From the NCBI GenBank assembly GCA_937907685.1, contig CALCXF010000017.1:10448-74447 (forward strand): DNA of 64,000 nucleotides, read 5' to 3'. The position numbers and the translations under genes are program-made. The stretch's first letter is position 1, and each line of letters opens with the position of its first letter. The DNA is from an uncultured Nostocoides sp. (GTDB lineage: Bacteria; Actinomycetota; Actinomycetes; Actinomycetales; Dermatophilaceae). The notes under the pieces were generated by a model that did no database searches, was not told where the DNA came from, and was given only the letters and a program-made list of their open reading frames with translations. Of this stretch, positions 39,152-47,228 are shown piece by piece.

Positions 39152-42100
39152 TCACAGCGACTCCCGGAGGCGCTCCGGCACCGCACGCGAGACGACGGCA
39201 CGGGCGGCCAGCACGGCGACGAGCCCGAGCACGAGCAGGGCAGTGACGGCGGTGAGGCCGATGGCGCTCCAGGCAGGAGCGAGGTCCGGGACCGGCACGA
39301 CCGCCGGCCTGTCGAAGATCGGGACGAGCGGCATCGCGAGCACCGCCCCGGCCACGCCGCACGCCGTCCCGAGCAGGACGCCGGCCAGGGCCATCGTCAG
39401 CTGCTCACCCCTGACGGCCCGGGCGATCACCGGCCGAGGCACGCCGGACACGAGGAGGCCGGCGAGGTCTCGGGCCACTCCTCGCCACGAGGTGACCGCA
39501 ACGACAGCGACGACGAGCCCGGAGACGAGCAGTGCGACGATGCCGGTGAACACCCCGAGGAGCAGTCCCCACCCGGTCGCCGAGCGCTCGTAGCGCCCGC
39601 GTGCCTCCTCGATCGTCGTCGCGGTGGTCACCGGGATCCCCTGGGCGGTGAGGGCGTGGGAGACGTCCGCGACGAGGCCGGGATCCGGCGACCCCAGCCA
39701 GACGGCGAGCGAGGACCCGGGTGGGGCCGGCCCCCCGAGGCGCAGCTGGGCGTCGAGGTCGGCCAGGGCGCCGCGGCTCCCAACCACGGGCAGCGCGTCG
39801 ACGTGGTCGACGGCCCGCGCTGCCACCGGCCGGCCGCCCAGACCGACCAGGGAGAAGTCGTCACCGCTGGCATCGGCGGGCGGGCGCCCGGCGAGCATCA
39901 CCGGCGTCGGGCTGGGGACGTCCGCCCAGCGGGAGAGCACCCGGCGACCGGTGTTGTCGAAGTCGATGACGAGGTCGGAGCCCGACCCGGTCAGAGTCTG
40001 GGTCCCGCCATCGACGTCCACGTCGGCCGGGAGCCACCGGTCACCACCCCCGACGTCGAGCGGTTTCCCGTCGAGCGACAGGCCGGTGAGCTCCAGCCGA
40101 CCGGTGAGGTTGTCCAGCCACGGGTCGGTGCTCCGCAGCCAGATGCCGGCGAGGCGGCACCCGCCGGGGCAGAGCACCGGAGCCCGCACCGTCGTCCGGC
40201 CGCGAGCCGACTGCTCGACCTGCGCCAGCTCCCGGTCGAGTGTGGTGCCGTCGGGTGTCGTGACGGTGATGCCGACGATGAGCGGCGTCGGCGCCACGGA
40301 CAGGTCCCCGCCGGGGATGCCACTGGCATCGGGAGGGGCCTCTCCCACCGGCTCGTCACCTGACCGGAACTGGTCGAGCTCCCAGGTGAGCGTGCCCGTC
40401 AGGACGCCATCGCCGAGCTGCAGGCTCGGGACGACCGGAGGGACGAGGGCGGCGACGTCGGCGGACCCACCCGGGATCACGGGATAGCCCACGCCTCGTG
40501 CTTCGTCGGGGCGAAGGAGAAGCGTGGGCACGGCGGAGGGGTCCCGTGGCCGGAGAACCACGACGGGTGTCGCCAGCCCTCGCTGTTCAGGTGGCAGCGC
40601 GTCGACCGCCGCGGCCAGGGCTGCGGGCTCGGTCGCCCTCGTCTCCAGGACGGCAGGAGCCCCGAGCTCGAGCTGCGCCCGCGCCGCCCGGTTGCGGTCG
40701 CCGACGACGACGGCATTGGCCGCGAAGGTCGCCAGGGCGGTCGCGGTCGTCACGACGACGAGGACGTGGCGCAGCGCGGGTCGTCGCGCGAGCGAGAGGG
40801 CCGCCAGACCGGTTGCCAGGTGACCACGGGCCAGGGCCCGGCGGCCGGCACCGGTGGCGACACGGCGCAGCAACCAGGCACCCACGAGGCCGACGGCCAG
40901 CGCGAGGAGAACGGGTGTGAGGAGAGCGGAGGGACCGTCGACGTCACCACTGATGAGGCCGACGACGGAGACAGCGGCCACCACGGCGACGACGACGTCG
41001 ACCACCCCCAGACCCTTGGCCACCGACGGTGGGATGCGCCGCAGCAGGGACGCCACCGGTTCCCGCAGAACAGGGCGGGCCGCCGCGTAGACGGCCAGGA
41101 GCGACGCAACCACCGCCACGACGGCAGCGAGCGCGAGGGGCCAGCGCAGCTCGAGCGGCACCCCGCGCGGCATCACGAACCGGCGGAGCACCTCGCCCCC
41201 GGCCAGGGCGATGAGCACCCCGAGCGGCACGCCCAGCAGCACGGTGAGCGCGAGCTCCGCCATGACGAGCCGACTGCCGGCCTCCCGGCTCCGCCCGCGC
41301 AGCCGGGCGAGAGCCACCTCCGGGCGGCGCTGCTCGACGACCGCGTGGGCGACGAGCGCGAGCACCGTCACGGCGAGAAGGGCAAGCTGCGCCAGGAGCA
41401 GTGGCACCAGCGTCCGCACGATGGTGCGACCGGCGGCGACCGCCGAGACGAGGCCCGGCACCGGGCTCGAGACCGAGACCTCCTCGCGCGTCCGGTCGAG
41501 ACCGGACAGCGAGTCGCGGATCTCCGGCAGCGTGGCCAGCGACACCCGCTCACGCTCGAGGGGGAACTCTGCGGATGCCGCCGCCTCGGCCCAGCCCTTG
41601 TCGAACGTGGCCGAGGCCGTGAGGAAGTCGTCGACCGCCGGGACGATCGAGTCCCCCTGCCCGATGGGGAAGCCTGACTTGCCGTCGACCGTCGTGCGCA
41701 GCCAGTAGCCGGGGTCCGGCCGGCTCCGGTAGACGCCGACGAGCGTCAACGTCACCGGGGTGGCCGCGCTGTCCCCCGCTGCGGTGGCGGACGGGTCGGG
41801 CACGGCGAACCGCCGACCCTCCTCCCAGCCCCACGACTCGGCGTCGGCCGCCGACACGAGGACCTCGCCCGCCTCCTCGGGACAGCGGCCGGATGTGACC
41901 TCGACGTGGTCGCACGCGGCATCCCGCGCGACGAGGCGCAGAGGTGAGGGCTGCCGGCCGTCCTGCGGCTGCAGGCTCGTGTCGGCCGTGAGCATCCCGA
42001 CCGGGTCGCCGAACCACCGTCCCGCCTCGGCGGGGAGCACTCCCACGAGGTCCGCCGGCCCCACGGCGGAGTCGGTCCCGGTCCGCGAGGCGCGCACCAC

Positions 42101-42316
42101 CACCGTCGTGTCGGCGACGTCCCGCTCGACGAGAGCGGCCCTGAGCAGACCCTGCTCGAGCGTCCGGACGAACAGGGGCGCGAACACGGCGCACGTCGTC
42201 ACGAGCGCCGAGACCAGGACGAGCGCGACGGACTGGCTGCCGCGGTAGCGCACCGCGGCCCACGTCGGGGATCGTCTGCTCACCCTTCTCCTTCGCGACC
42301 GGGCCTGCGCGGGCAC
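39152..42316 (-). CDS. ABC transporter permease with two FtsX/MacB-like modules (1054 aa)
   Basis: N-terminal TM, then a large extracytoplasmic domain, then 3 TM (…LARLRGRSREAG… is the FtsX-type cytoplasmic loop). Further TMs follow, then a second extracytoplasmic domain of about 340 aa, then a C-terminal 3-TM FtsX module. The start (GTG 42316) is not verified. Confidence 0.8.
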   Translation of the reverse strand: MPAQARSRRRRVSRRSPTWAAVRYRGSQSVALVLVSALVTTCAVFAPLFVRTLEQGLLRAALVERDVADTTVVVRASRTGTDSAVGPADLVGVLPAEAGRWFGDPVGMLTADTSLQPQDGRQPSPLRLVARDAACDHVEVTSGRCPEEAGEVLVSAADAESWGWEEGRRFAVPDPSATAAGDSAATPVTLTLVGVYRSRPDPGYWLRTTVDGKSGFPIGQGDSIVPAVDDFLTASATFDKGWAEAAASAEFPLERERVSLATLPEIRDSLSGLDRTREEVSVSSPVPGLVSAVAAGRTIVRTLVPLLLAQLALLAVTVLALVAHAVVEQRRPEVALARLRGRSREAGSRLVMAELALTVLLGVPLGVLIALAGGEVLRRFVMPRGVPLELRWPLALAAVVAVVASLLAVYAAARPVLREPVASLLRRIPPSVAKGLGVVDVVVAVVAAVSVVGLISGDVDGPSALLTPVLLALAVGLVGAWLLRRVATGAGRRALARGHLATGLAALSLARRPALRHVLVVVTTATALATFAANAVVVGDRNRAARAQLELGAPAVLETRATEPAALAAAVDALPPEQRGLATPVVVLRPRDPSAVPTLLLRPDEARGVGYPVIPGGSADVAALVPPVVPSLQLGDGVLTGTLTWELDQFRSGDEPVGEAPPDASGIPGGDLSVAPTPLIVGITVTTPDGTTLDRELAQVEQSARGRTTVRAPVLCPGGCRLAGIWLRSTDPWLDNLTGRLELTGLSLDGKPLDVGGGDRWLPADVDVDGGTQTLTGSGSDLVIDFDNTGRRVLSRWADVPSPTPVMLAGRPPADASGDDFSLVGLGGRPVAARAVDHVDALPVVGSRGALADLDAQLRLGGPAPPGSSLAVWLGSPDPGLVADVSHALTAQGIPVTTATTIEEARGRYERSATGWGLLLGVFTGIVALLVSGLVVAVVAVTSWRGVARDLAGLLVSGVPRPVIARAVRGEQLTMALAGVLLGTACGVAGAVLAMPLVPIFDRPAVVPVPDLAPAWSAIGLTAVTALLVLGLVAVLAARAVVSRAVPERLRESL

Positions 42317-42349
42317 ACGCTACCGGGGGACTCGGACCCCACTCGCGGG

Positions 42350-43003
42350 TCAGGTCCCGGAAGCATCGACGGGGCCTGCCGAGCCATCCGGCGGCGGGAA
42401 GCCCTGCCAGCGTTCCGCCTCGACAGCCATGTCGACGGCGGTCACCGCGGCGCCGTCGAAGACGAGGGCGCCGGGACGCAGACGGGTGACGGCATACCCC
42501 ACCCTCTCGTAGACGCGCCGTGCCCGTGGGTTGTGCGCGAACACCTCGAGGGTGATCCTCCGCAGCCCGAGCCGCTCGATCCCGTAGCCGGTGGCGAGGC
42601 CCACGGCCTCCGTGCCGAGCCCTCGACCCCGGCCCGCGGGGCCCACGAGGACGCGCAGGTTGCAGCTGCGGTCCTGCCGGTCGAGCTCGTTGAGGACGAC
42701 CTCGCCGACGAGCCGCCCGGAGGCCACGTCCTCGACGGCGAGGTCGAGGCGGTCCGGCTGGTCGCTGCGGGTGGCGTACCACTCGACGAGGAGCTCGTCC
42801 CATGGTTGGCCCGCGTGCGCCTCGACGGTCGTGGCCACGCTGCCGGTCAGCGCCCGGACCTCCGGGTCGGAGAGGATCTCGGCCATGACCTCGGCGTCGC
42901 CCTCGCGGAACGGGCGGAGCGTGACGAGCGTGCCGGAGATCGTGGGCTTGGTCCGGAGGTCGAGCCCGACCGCGTCGGGGATCGGCTCTCGGCGGGGGCG
43001 CAC
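42350..43003 (-). CDS. GNAT family N-acetyltransferase (RimJ/RimL-like)
   Basis: ORF 42350..43315 trimmed to GTG 43001-43003. The acetyl-CoA binding region is LRVLVGPAGRGRGLGTEAVGL, followed by RITLEVFAHNPRARRVYERVGY. Confidence 0.8.
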   Translation of the reverse strand: MRPRREPIPDAVGLDLRTKPTISGTLVTLRPFREGDAEVMAEILSDPEVRALTGSVATTVEAHAGQPWDELLVEWYATRSDQPDRLDLAVEDVASGRLVGEVVLNELDRQDRSCNLRVLVGPAGRGRGLGTEAVGLATGYGIERLGLRRITLEVFAHNPRARRVYERVGYAVTRLRPGALVFDGAAVTAVDMAVEAERWQGFPPPDGSAGPVDASGT

Positions 43004-43029
43004 CCGCCCATGCTGCCCGACCGGGGCTC

Positions 43030-44073
43030 TCAGGTGACGGACTCGACGAGGCGGTCGGCCGCGGCATACGGGTCCAGGCGGCCGGCGACCACCTCGGCAG
43101 CAAGCGCGTCGAGCCCGACGTGGCCGGGCAGGCCGCCGACCCTCGCACGCAGGGCGTCCAGCGCCAGGCCCTGGATCTCGGTCGCCGCCCGACGCGCCCG
43201 GCGGGCTCGTACGCCGTCGGTCCCGAGGAAGGACAGGTGCTCCTCGACGGCCGCGACCACGGCCTCGACGCCGTCCCCCGTGGCCGCGACCGCGCGCACC
43301 ACCGGCGGCCGCCATGTCGTCGGGTCGGACGCGACGAGCATCGAGACGGCCTGGCGGAGGTCCCGCACCGTGCGGTCCGCCCCGTCTCGGTCGGCCTTGT
43401 TGACGACGAGCACGTCGGCGACCTCGAGGATGCCGGCCTTGGCGGCCTGGATGCCGTCGCCCATCCCGGGGGCGAGGAGGACCACCGTCGTGTCGGCGGT
43501 GCCGGCGACCTCGACCTCCGACTGACCCACGCCGACGGTCTCGAGCACGACGACGTCACAGCCGGCCGCGTCGAGCACCCGTAGCGCCTGCGGCGCCGCC
43601 CAGGACAGCCCCCCGAGGTGTCCGCGGGAGGCCATCGAGCGGATGAAGACCTCGGGGTCGGCGGAGTGCTCCGTCATCCGGATGCGGTCACCGAGCAGGG
43701 CGCCGCCCGAGAAGGGCGAGGAGGGGTCGACGGCGAGGACGCCGACGCGCCGCCCACGGGACCGGTATGCGGTGACGATCGCGTTCGTCATCGTCGACTT
43801 GCCGACGCCGGGGGCTCCCGTGACGCCCACGACGTGGGCGTGGCCCGTGTGCGTCGCGAGCGCCGACATCACCTCGCGCAGTGCCGGATGACCGTCCTCC
43901 ACGAGGGAGATGAGCCGGGCCACCGCACGCGGCCTCCCCTCCCTCGCCGCAGCGACGAGGGAGGGGACGTCGACCGTGCGCGGCGGGATCTGGGGAGCCT
44001 GCTCAGCCGCGCGCCGGGACCTTGACGACGAGGGCGTCGCCCTGTCCGCCGCCGCCGCACAACGCCGCCACAC
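43030..44073 (-). CDS. meaB: methylmalonyl-CoA mutase-associated GTPase (MeaB/ArgK)
   Basis: Motifs: [62 protein letters not shown]. The start is problematic: the first in-frame ATG/GTG that keeps the conserved N-terminus lies inside the thiolase 3' end (GTG 44073, 44079 or 44082). Confidence 0.8.
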   Translation of the reverse strand: MWRRCAAAADRATPSSSRSRRAAEQAPQIPPRTVDVPSLVAAAREGRPRAVARLISLVEDGHPALREVMSALATHTGHAHVVGVTGAPGVGKSTMTNAIVTAYRSRGRRVGVLAVDPSSPFSGGALLGDRIRMTEHSADPEVFIRSMASRGHLGGLSWAAPQALRVLDAAGCDVVVLETVGVGQSEVEVAGTADTTVVLLAPGMGDGIQAAKAGILEVADVLVVNKADRDGADRTVRDLRQAVSMLVASDPTTWRPPVVRAVAATGDGVEAVVAAVEEHLSFLGTDGVRARRARRAATEIQGLALDALRARVGGLPGHVGLDALAAEVVAGRLDPYAAADRLVESVT

Positions 44074-45202
44074 CGACACCACCGCCCCGACGCCGGAGCT
44101 CGAGGGCGAGGTGGAGGGTGATCCGCGCACCCGACATGCCGATCGGGTGGCCCAGCGCGATGGCCCCGCCGTTGACGTTGACCTTCTCCGGGTCGATCCC
44201 CAGCTCCTTGGCGGAGGCCAGCCCGACGGCAGCGAACGCCTCGTTGATCTCGACGAGGTCGAGGTCTGCGGGGGCGATGCCCTCGCGCTCGCACGCCTTG
44301 GCGATGGCGCGGGCCGGCTGGCTCTGGAGCGTCGAGTCGGGGCCGGCGACCACACCGTGGGCACCGATCTCGGCGAGCCACTGGAGACCACGCTCCTCGG
44401 CTCGCGACCTGCTCATGACGACGACGGCGCACGCCCCGTCGGAGATCTGCGAGGCGGACCCCGCGGTGATCGTGCCGTCCTTCGAGAAGGCGGGGCGCAG
44501 CCGGGCCAGCGAGTCGGGGGTGGTGTCAGCCCGGATGCCCTCGTCAGTGCGGAACTCGAGCGGGTCGCCCTTGCGCTGGGGGATCGAGACGGAGACGACC
44601 TCGTCGTCGAACACGCCGTCCTTCCAGGCCCGCGCCGCGAGCTGGTGGCTCCGCGCGGCGAACTCGTCCTGCTCCTCTCGGGTGAACGCGACGTCGCCGG
44701 TGTTGGCGGTCTCGGTGAGCAGGCCCATCGCCTGGTCCGTGAAGGCGTCCCACAGGCCGTCCTGGGCCATGTGGTCGTGCAACGTCACGTCCCCGTACTT
44801 GAAGCCCTCCCGGCTCTTCTCGAGGAGGTGCGGTGCGTTGGTCATCGACTCCTGACCGCCCGCGACGACGACCTCGAACTCACCGGCCCGGATGAGCTGG
44901 TCCGCGAGCGCGATCGCGTCGATGCCGGAGAGGCACACCTTGTTGACGGTGAGCGCCGGGACGGTCATCGGGATGCCGGCCTTGGCGGCCGCCTGGCGAG
45001 CCGGGATCTGCCCCTCTCCGGCCGTGAGAACCTGGCCCATGATGACGTAGTCGACGTCCTCGGGTGCGACGCCAGCCTTGTCGAGCGCGCCCGAGATGGC
45101 GAAGCCTCCGAGGTCCGAGCCGCGAAAGGCCTTGAGAGAGCCGCTCATCCGTCCCATGGGGGTGCGGGCGCCGGCGACGATGACGGTCGGGTCGGTGGAC
45201 AT
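44003..45202 (-). CDS. acetyl-CoA C-acetyltransferase (thiolase II)
   Basis: ORF 44003..45295 trimmed to ATG 45200-45202 ([17 protein letters not shown]). Motifs: [12 protein letters not shown] (active-site Cys), [28 protein letters not shown]. Confidence 0.92.
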   Translation of the reverse strand: MSTDPTVIVAGARTPMGRMSGSLKAFRGSDLGGFAISGALDKAGVAPEDVDYVIMGQVLTAGEGQIPARQAAAKAGIPMTVPALTVNKVCLSGIDAIALADQLIRAGEFEVVVAGGQESMTNAPHLLEKSREGFKYGDVTLHDHMAQDGLWDAFTDQAMGLLTETANTGDVAFTREEQDEFAARSHQLAARAWKDGVFDDEVVSVSIPQRKGDPLEFRTDEGIRADTTPDSLARLRPAFSKDGTITAGSASQISDGACAVVVMSRSRAEERGLQWLAEIGAHGVVAGPDSTLQSQPARAIAKACEREGIAPADLDLVEINEAFAAVGLASAKELGIDPEKVNVNGGAIALGHPIGMSGARITLHLALELRRRGGGVGVAALCGGGGQGDALVVKVPARG

Positions 45203-45336
45203 GGGACGTGGCCTCCAGGTCGTGGTCTCGATCGTCCTCGACTCTAGCGAGGGCACCGCCCGCCGCCACCCCCACGCTCCGGTGACCCTCGCCACCCCTC
45301 CTCGTCCACGGCCTCGGGTGGTGCCACGCTGGAGTC

Positions 45337-45597
45337 GTGGGCCGCTCCGACCTCCTGCGTCGATGGGTGCTCGCGAGCACCCTCGGTGAGGTGGTCGGGC
45401 TCGGCGGCACGGGCCTGCTGGGGTGGCTCCTCGTGGGACGGGACGGAGGGCCGGTGGCGGCCGCGGCGGTGCTCGCCGGGGCGCAGGCGCTCGCCCTGCG
45501 ACGGGTGGTCGTCACCCTGGCCGTCACGGGCGCGGTCGTCGGTGTGATCAACGGCTCGTGCCTGACCCGGATGGTCGTGCCTAGGGTGGAGCCATGA
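45337..45597 (+). CDS. possible small hydrophobic protein (86 aa), hypothetical
   Basis: GTG 45337. Third-position G/C is high. The stop overlaps the mce ATG (ATGA at 45594-45597). It has two hydrophobic stretches. No family recognised, and it could be a spurious high-GC ORF. Confidence 0.35.
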   Translation: MGRSDLLRRWVLASTLGEVVGLGGTGLLGWLLVGRDGGPVAAAAVLAGAQALALRRVVVTLAVTGAVVGVINGSCLTRMVVPRVEP

Positions 45598-46040
45598 CGC
45601 GCGCCGTCCCCACCGACCTGTTCACCGCCATCGACCACGTCGGCGTGGCGGTGCCCGACCTCGACGACGCGATCGACTTCTACCAGCGCACCTACGGCAT
45701 GCGGCTGCTCCACGAGGAGACGAACGAGGAGCAGGGCGTCCGCGAGGCGATGATGGGCGTCGGGGACTCCGGCTCGTGCATCCAGCTGCTCGCGCCCCTG
45801 TCGCCGGAGTCCACGATCGCGAAGTTCCTCGACCGCAGCGGGCCCGGCATCCAGCAGCTCGCATACCGCGTCGCGGATCTCGACGCCGTGAGCGCCACGC
45901 TGCGCGAGCGCGGGATGCGGCTCCTCTATGACACGCCTCGCCGCGGCACCAGCGGGTCGCGGGTCAACTTCATCCACCCCAAGGACGCGCGCGGAATCCT
46001 CGTCGAGCTGGTGGAGCCGCCCACCGGGGCGGGAGCCTAG
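45594..46040 (+). CDS. mce: methylmalonyl-CoA epimerase (VOC/glyoxalase fold)
   Basis: 148 aa. Motifs: IDHVGVAVPDLDDAIDFY, GPGIQQLAYRVADLDA, VNFIHPKDARGILVELVE. Confidence 0.88.
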   Translation: MTRAVPTDLFTAIDHVGVAVPDLDDAIDFYQRTYGMRLLHEETNEEQGVREAMMGVGDSGSCIQLLAPLSPESTIAKFLDRSGPGIQQLAYRVADLDAVSATLRERGMRLLYDTPRRGTSGSRVNFIHPKDARGILVELVEPPTGAGA

Positions 46041-46276
46041 GCCCGCCGCCTGGCGGACACTGGGCCGCCCGCCGGGGCGGAACGGTCGGACGTTCAGCCG
46101 TCACCTGTGCCCGAGGACCGGGCGAGGACGATCCATTCTGGGGATGCCGGGGGCGCGGGACACTAGGCCCGCCGCGGGCAGGCCGAGCCGCCGGCGCCGG
46201 GCGGGACGGTCGGACGCTCAGCCGTCACCTGCGTCGGAGGCCCGGGCGAGGACGATCCATTCTGGGGATGCCGGGG
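46037..46276. repeat. degenerate tandem duplication of about 125 bp carrying the 3' end and stop of the methyltransferase gene
   Basis: Copy alpha is 46037-46152 and copy beta is 46163-46276. Both start CTAGGCCCGCCGC and end CGGGCGAGGACGATCCATTCTGGGGATGCCGGGG. Both contain ...TCAGCCGTCACCTG (reverse-strand ...GDG stop). Confidence 0.85.
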
Positions 46277-46434
46277 TGATGGGCTCGCCGGTCCAGTCAC
46301 CCCAGCTCTCCTCGACGACGAACCCCGTGGTCGCCAGTCCGCGGGTCACGTCATCCCACGAGGGGAAGCGGAGCGTCTCGCGGGTGGTCCACTCCTGGTC
46401 GTGCTGCACCCAGTGGTCGGTGTGCGTGACGAGG
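46218..46434 (-). pseudogene. orphaned 3' portion of the methyltransferase gene
   Basis: Encodes ...EWTTRETLRFPSWDDVTRGLATTGFVVEESWGDWTGEPITPASPEWIVLARASDAGDG. It is cut off from the main ORF by the 100-bp duplication. Confidence 0.7.
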
Positions 46435-46545
46435 TCACCCTCTCGTCACGTCATCCCACGAGGGGAAGCGGAGGGTCTCGCGGGTGGTCCACTCCCGGCG
46501 GTGCTGCACCCAGTGGTCGGTGTGCGTGACGAGGTCACCCTCTCG
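46345..46545. repeat. 100-bp tandem duplication (2 copies, 3 mismatches) inside the methyltransferase coding region
   Basis: 46345-46444 and 46445-46544 both read GTCACGTCATCCCACGAGGGGAAGCGGAG(C/G)GTCTCGCGGGTGGTCCACTCC(T/C)GG(T/C)(C/G)GTGCTGCACCCAGTGGTCGGTGTGCGTGACGAGGTCACCCTCTC. Confidence 0.95.
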
Positions 46546-47064
46546 GTGCACGTCGGCCCGCACGGTCCCCGCCGACGTCGCGCCCGGCTCATCGCTCGCC
46601 CACCTCCGCCATTCCTCGAGCGACGCGTTCCTGATCTCGAAGGCCAGGTGCCCGCCGGGGCGGAGGGAGCGGCGGCTCTGGGTCAGCACGAGCCGCCAAG
46701 CCTCGTCGTCGAGGAAGTACTGGGCGACGTGCCCGGTCATGACCGCCAGCTCCGCCCAGCCGGCCGGGAGGTCACCCGCGGTCCCGTGCACCCATGTCAC
46801 CGCCGACGCCCCGGGTTGCCTGCGAGCGATGTCCAGCATGGTGAGCTGCGGCTCGACGCCGATCACCTCGTGACCGCGGGCAGCCAACGACCTGCACAGC
46901 AGCCCTGTTCCCGAACCGATGTCGACCACGCGCCTCGCCGCGATGCGGCCGGCGAGCCGGAGGTAGAAGGGGAGGTCGGGCCTCCCGGCGTTGTCCGCGT
47001 CGTAGTGGTCAGCGAGCTCCGGCACCGCGTAGAAGTTGTCGGGCTCACCGACCGAGCGCTGCAT
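46435..47064 (-). CDS. class I SAM-dependent methyltransferase, C-terminally truncated by the internal duplication
   Basis: 209-aa ORF with SAM motif I (VVDIGSGTGLL). It ends ...WDDVTRG-stop at the duplication junction. Removing one 100-bp copy gives a 747-nt (248-aa) ORF ending at 46218. Confidence 0.75.
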   Translation of the reverse strand: MQRSVGEPDNFYAVPELADHYDADNAGRPDLPFYLRLAGRIAARRVVDIGSGTGLLCRSLAARGHEVIGVEPQLTMLDIARRQPGASAVTWVHGTAGDLPAGWAELAVMTGHVAQYFLDDEAWRLVLTQSRRSLRPGGHLAFEIRNASLEEWRRWASDEPGATSAGTVRADVHREGDLVTHTDHWVQHRREWTTRETLRFPSWDDVTRG

Positions 47065-47228
47065 GCCGTCGATTGTCCCCCGTCCGTGGTGCCCGGCCGC
47101 AGTGAGCTCCGGGTGCTGCGATCCCGCTCAGCGAGGGTTGGCCGGTGGCCCTTCGATTGCCTCGCGCAGGGCGACGAGCCACCCTCGCCTCCCGGCTACC
47201 GGGCCCGAGGGGTCAGTCCGCAGCGGCC

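Noticed and set aside
37667-43003. Whether the ABC transporter/GNAT block, or any other part of the window, is a horizontally acquired island or prophage remnant.
   Set aside because: There is no integrase, transposase, tRNA target or phage-like gene, and no obvious compositional break by eye. The flanking genes are backbone. Only the DUF559 cassette shows insertion-like boundaries.
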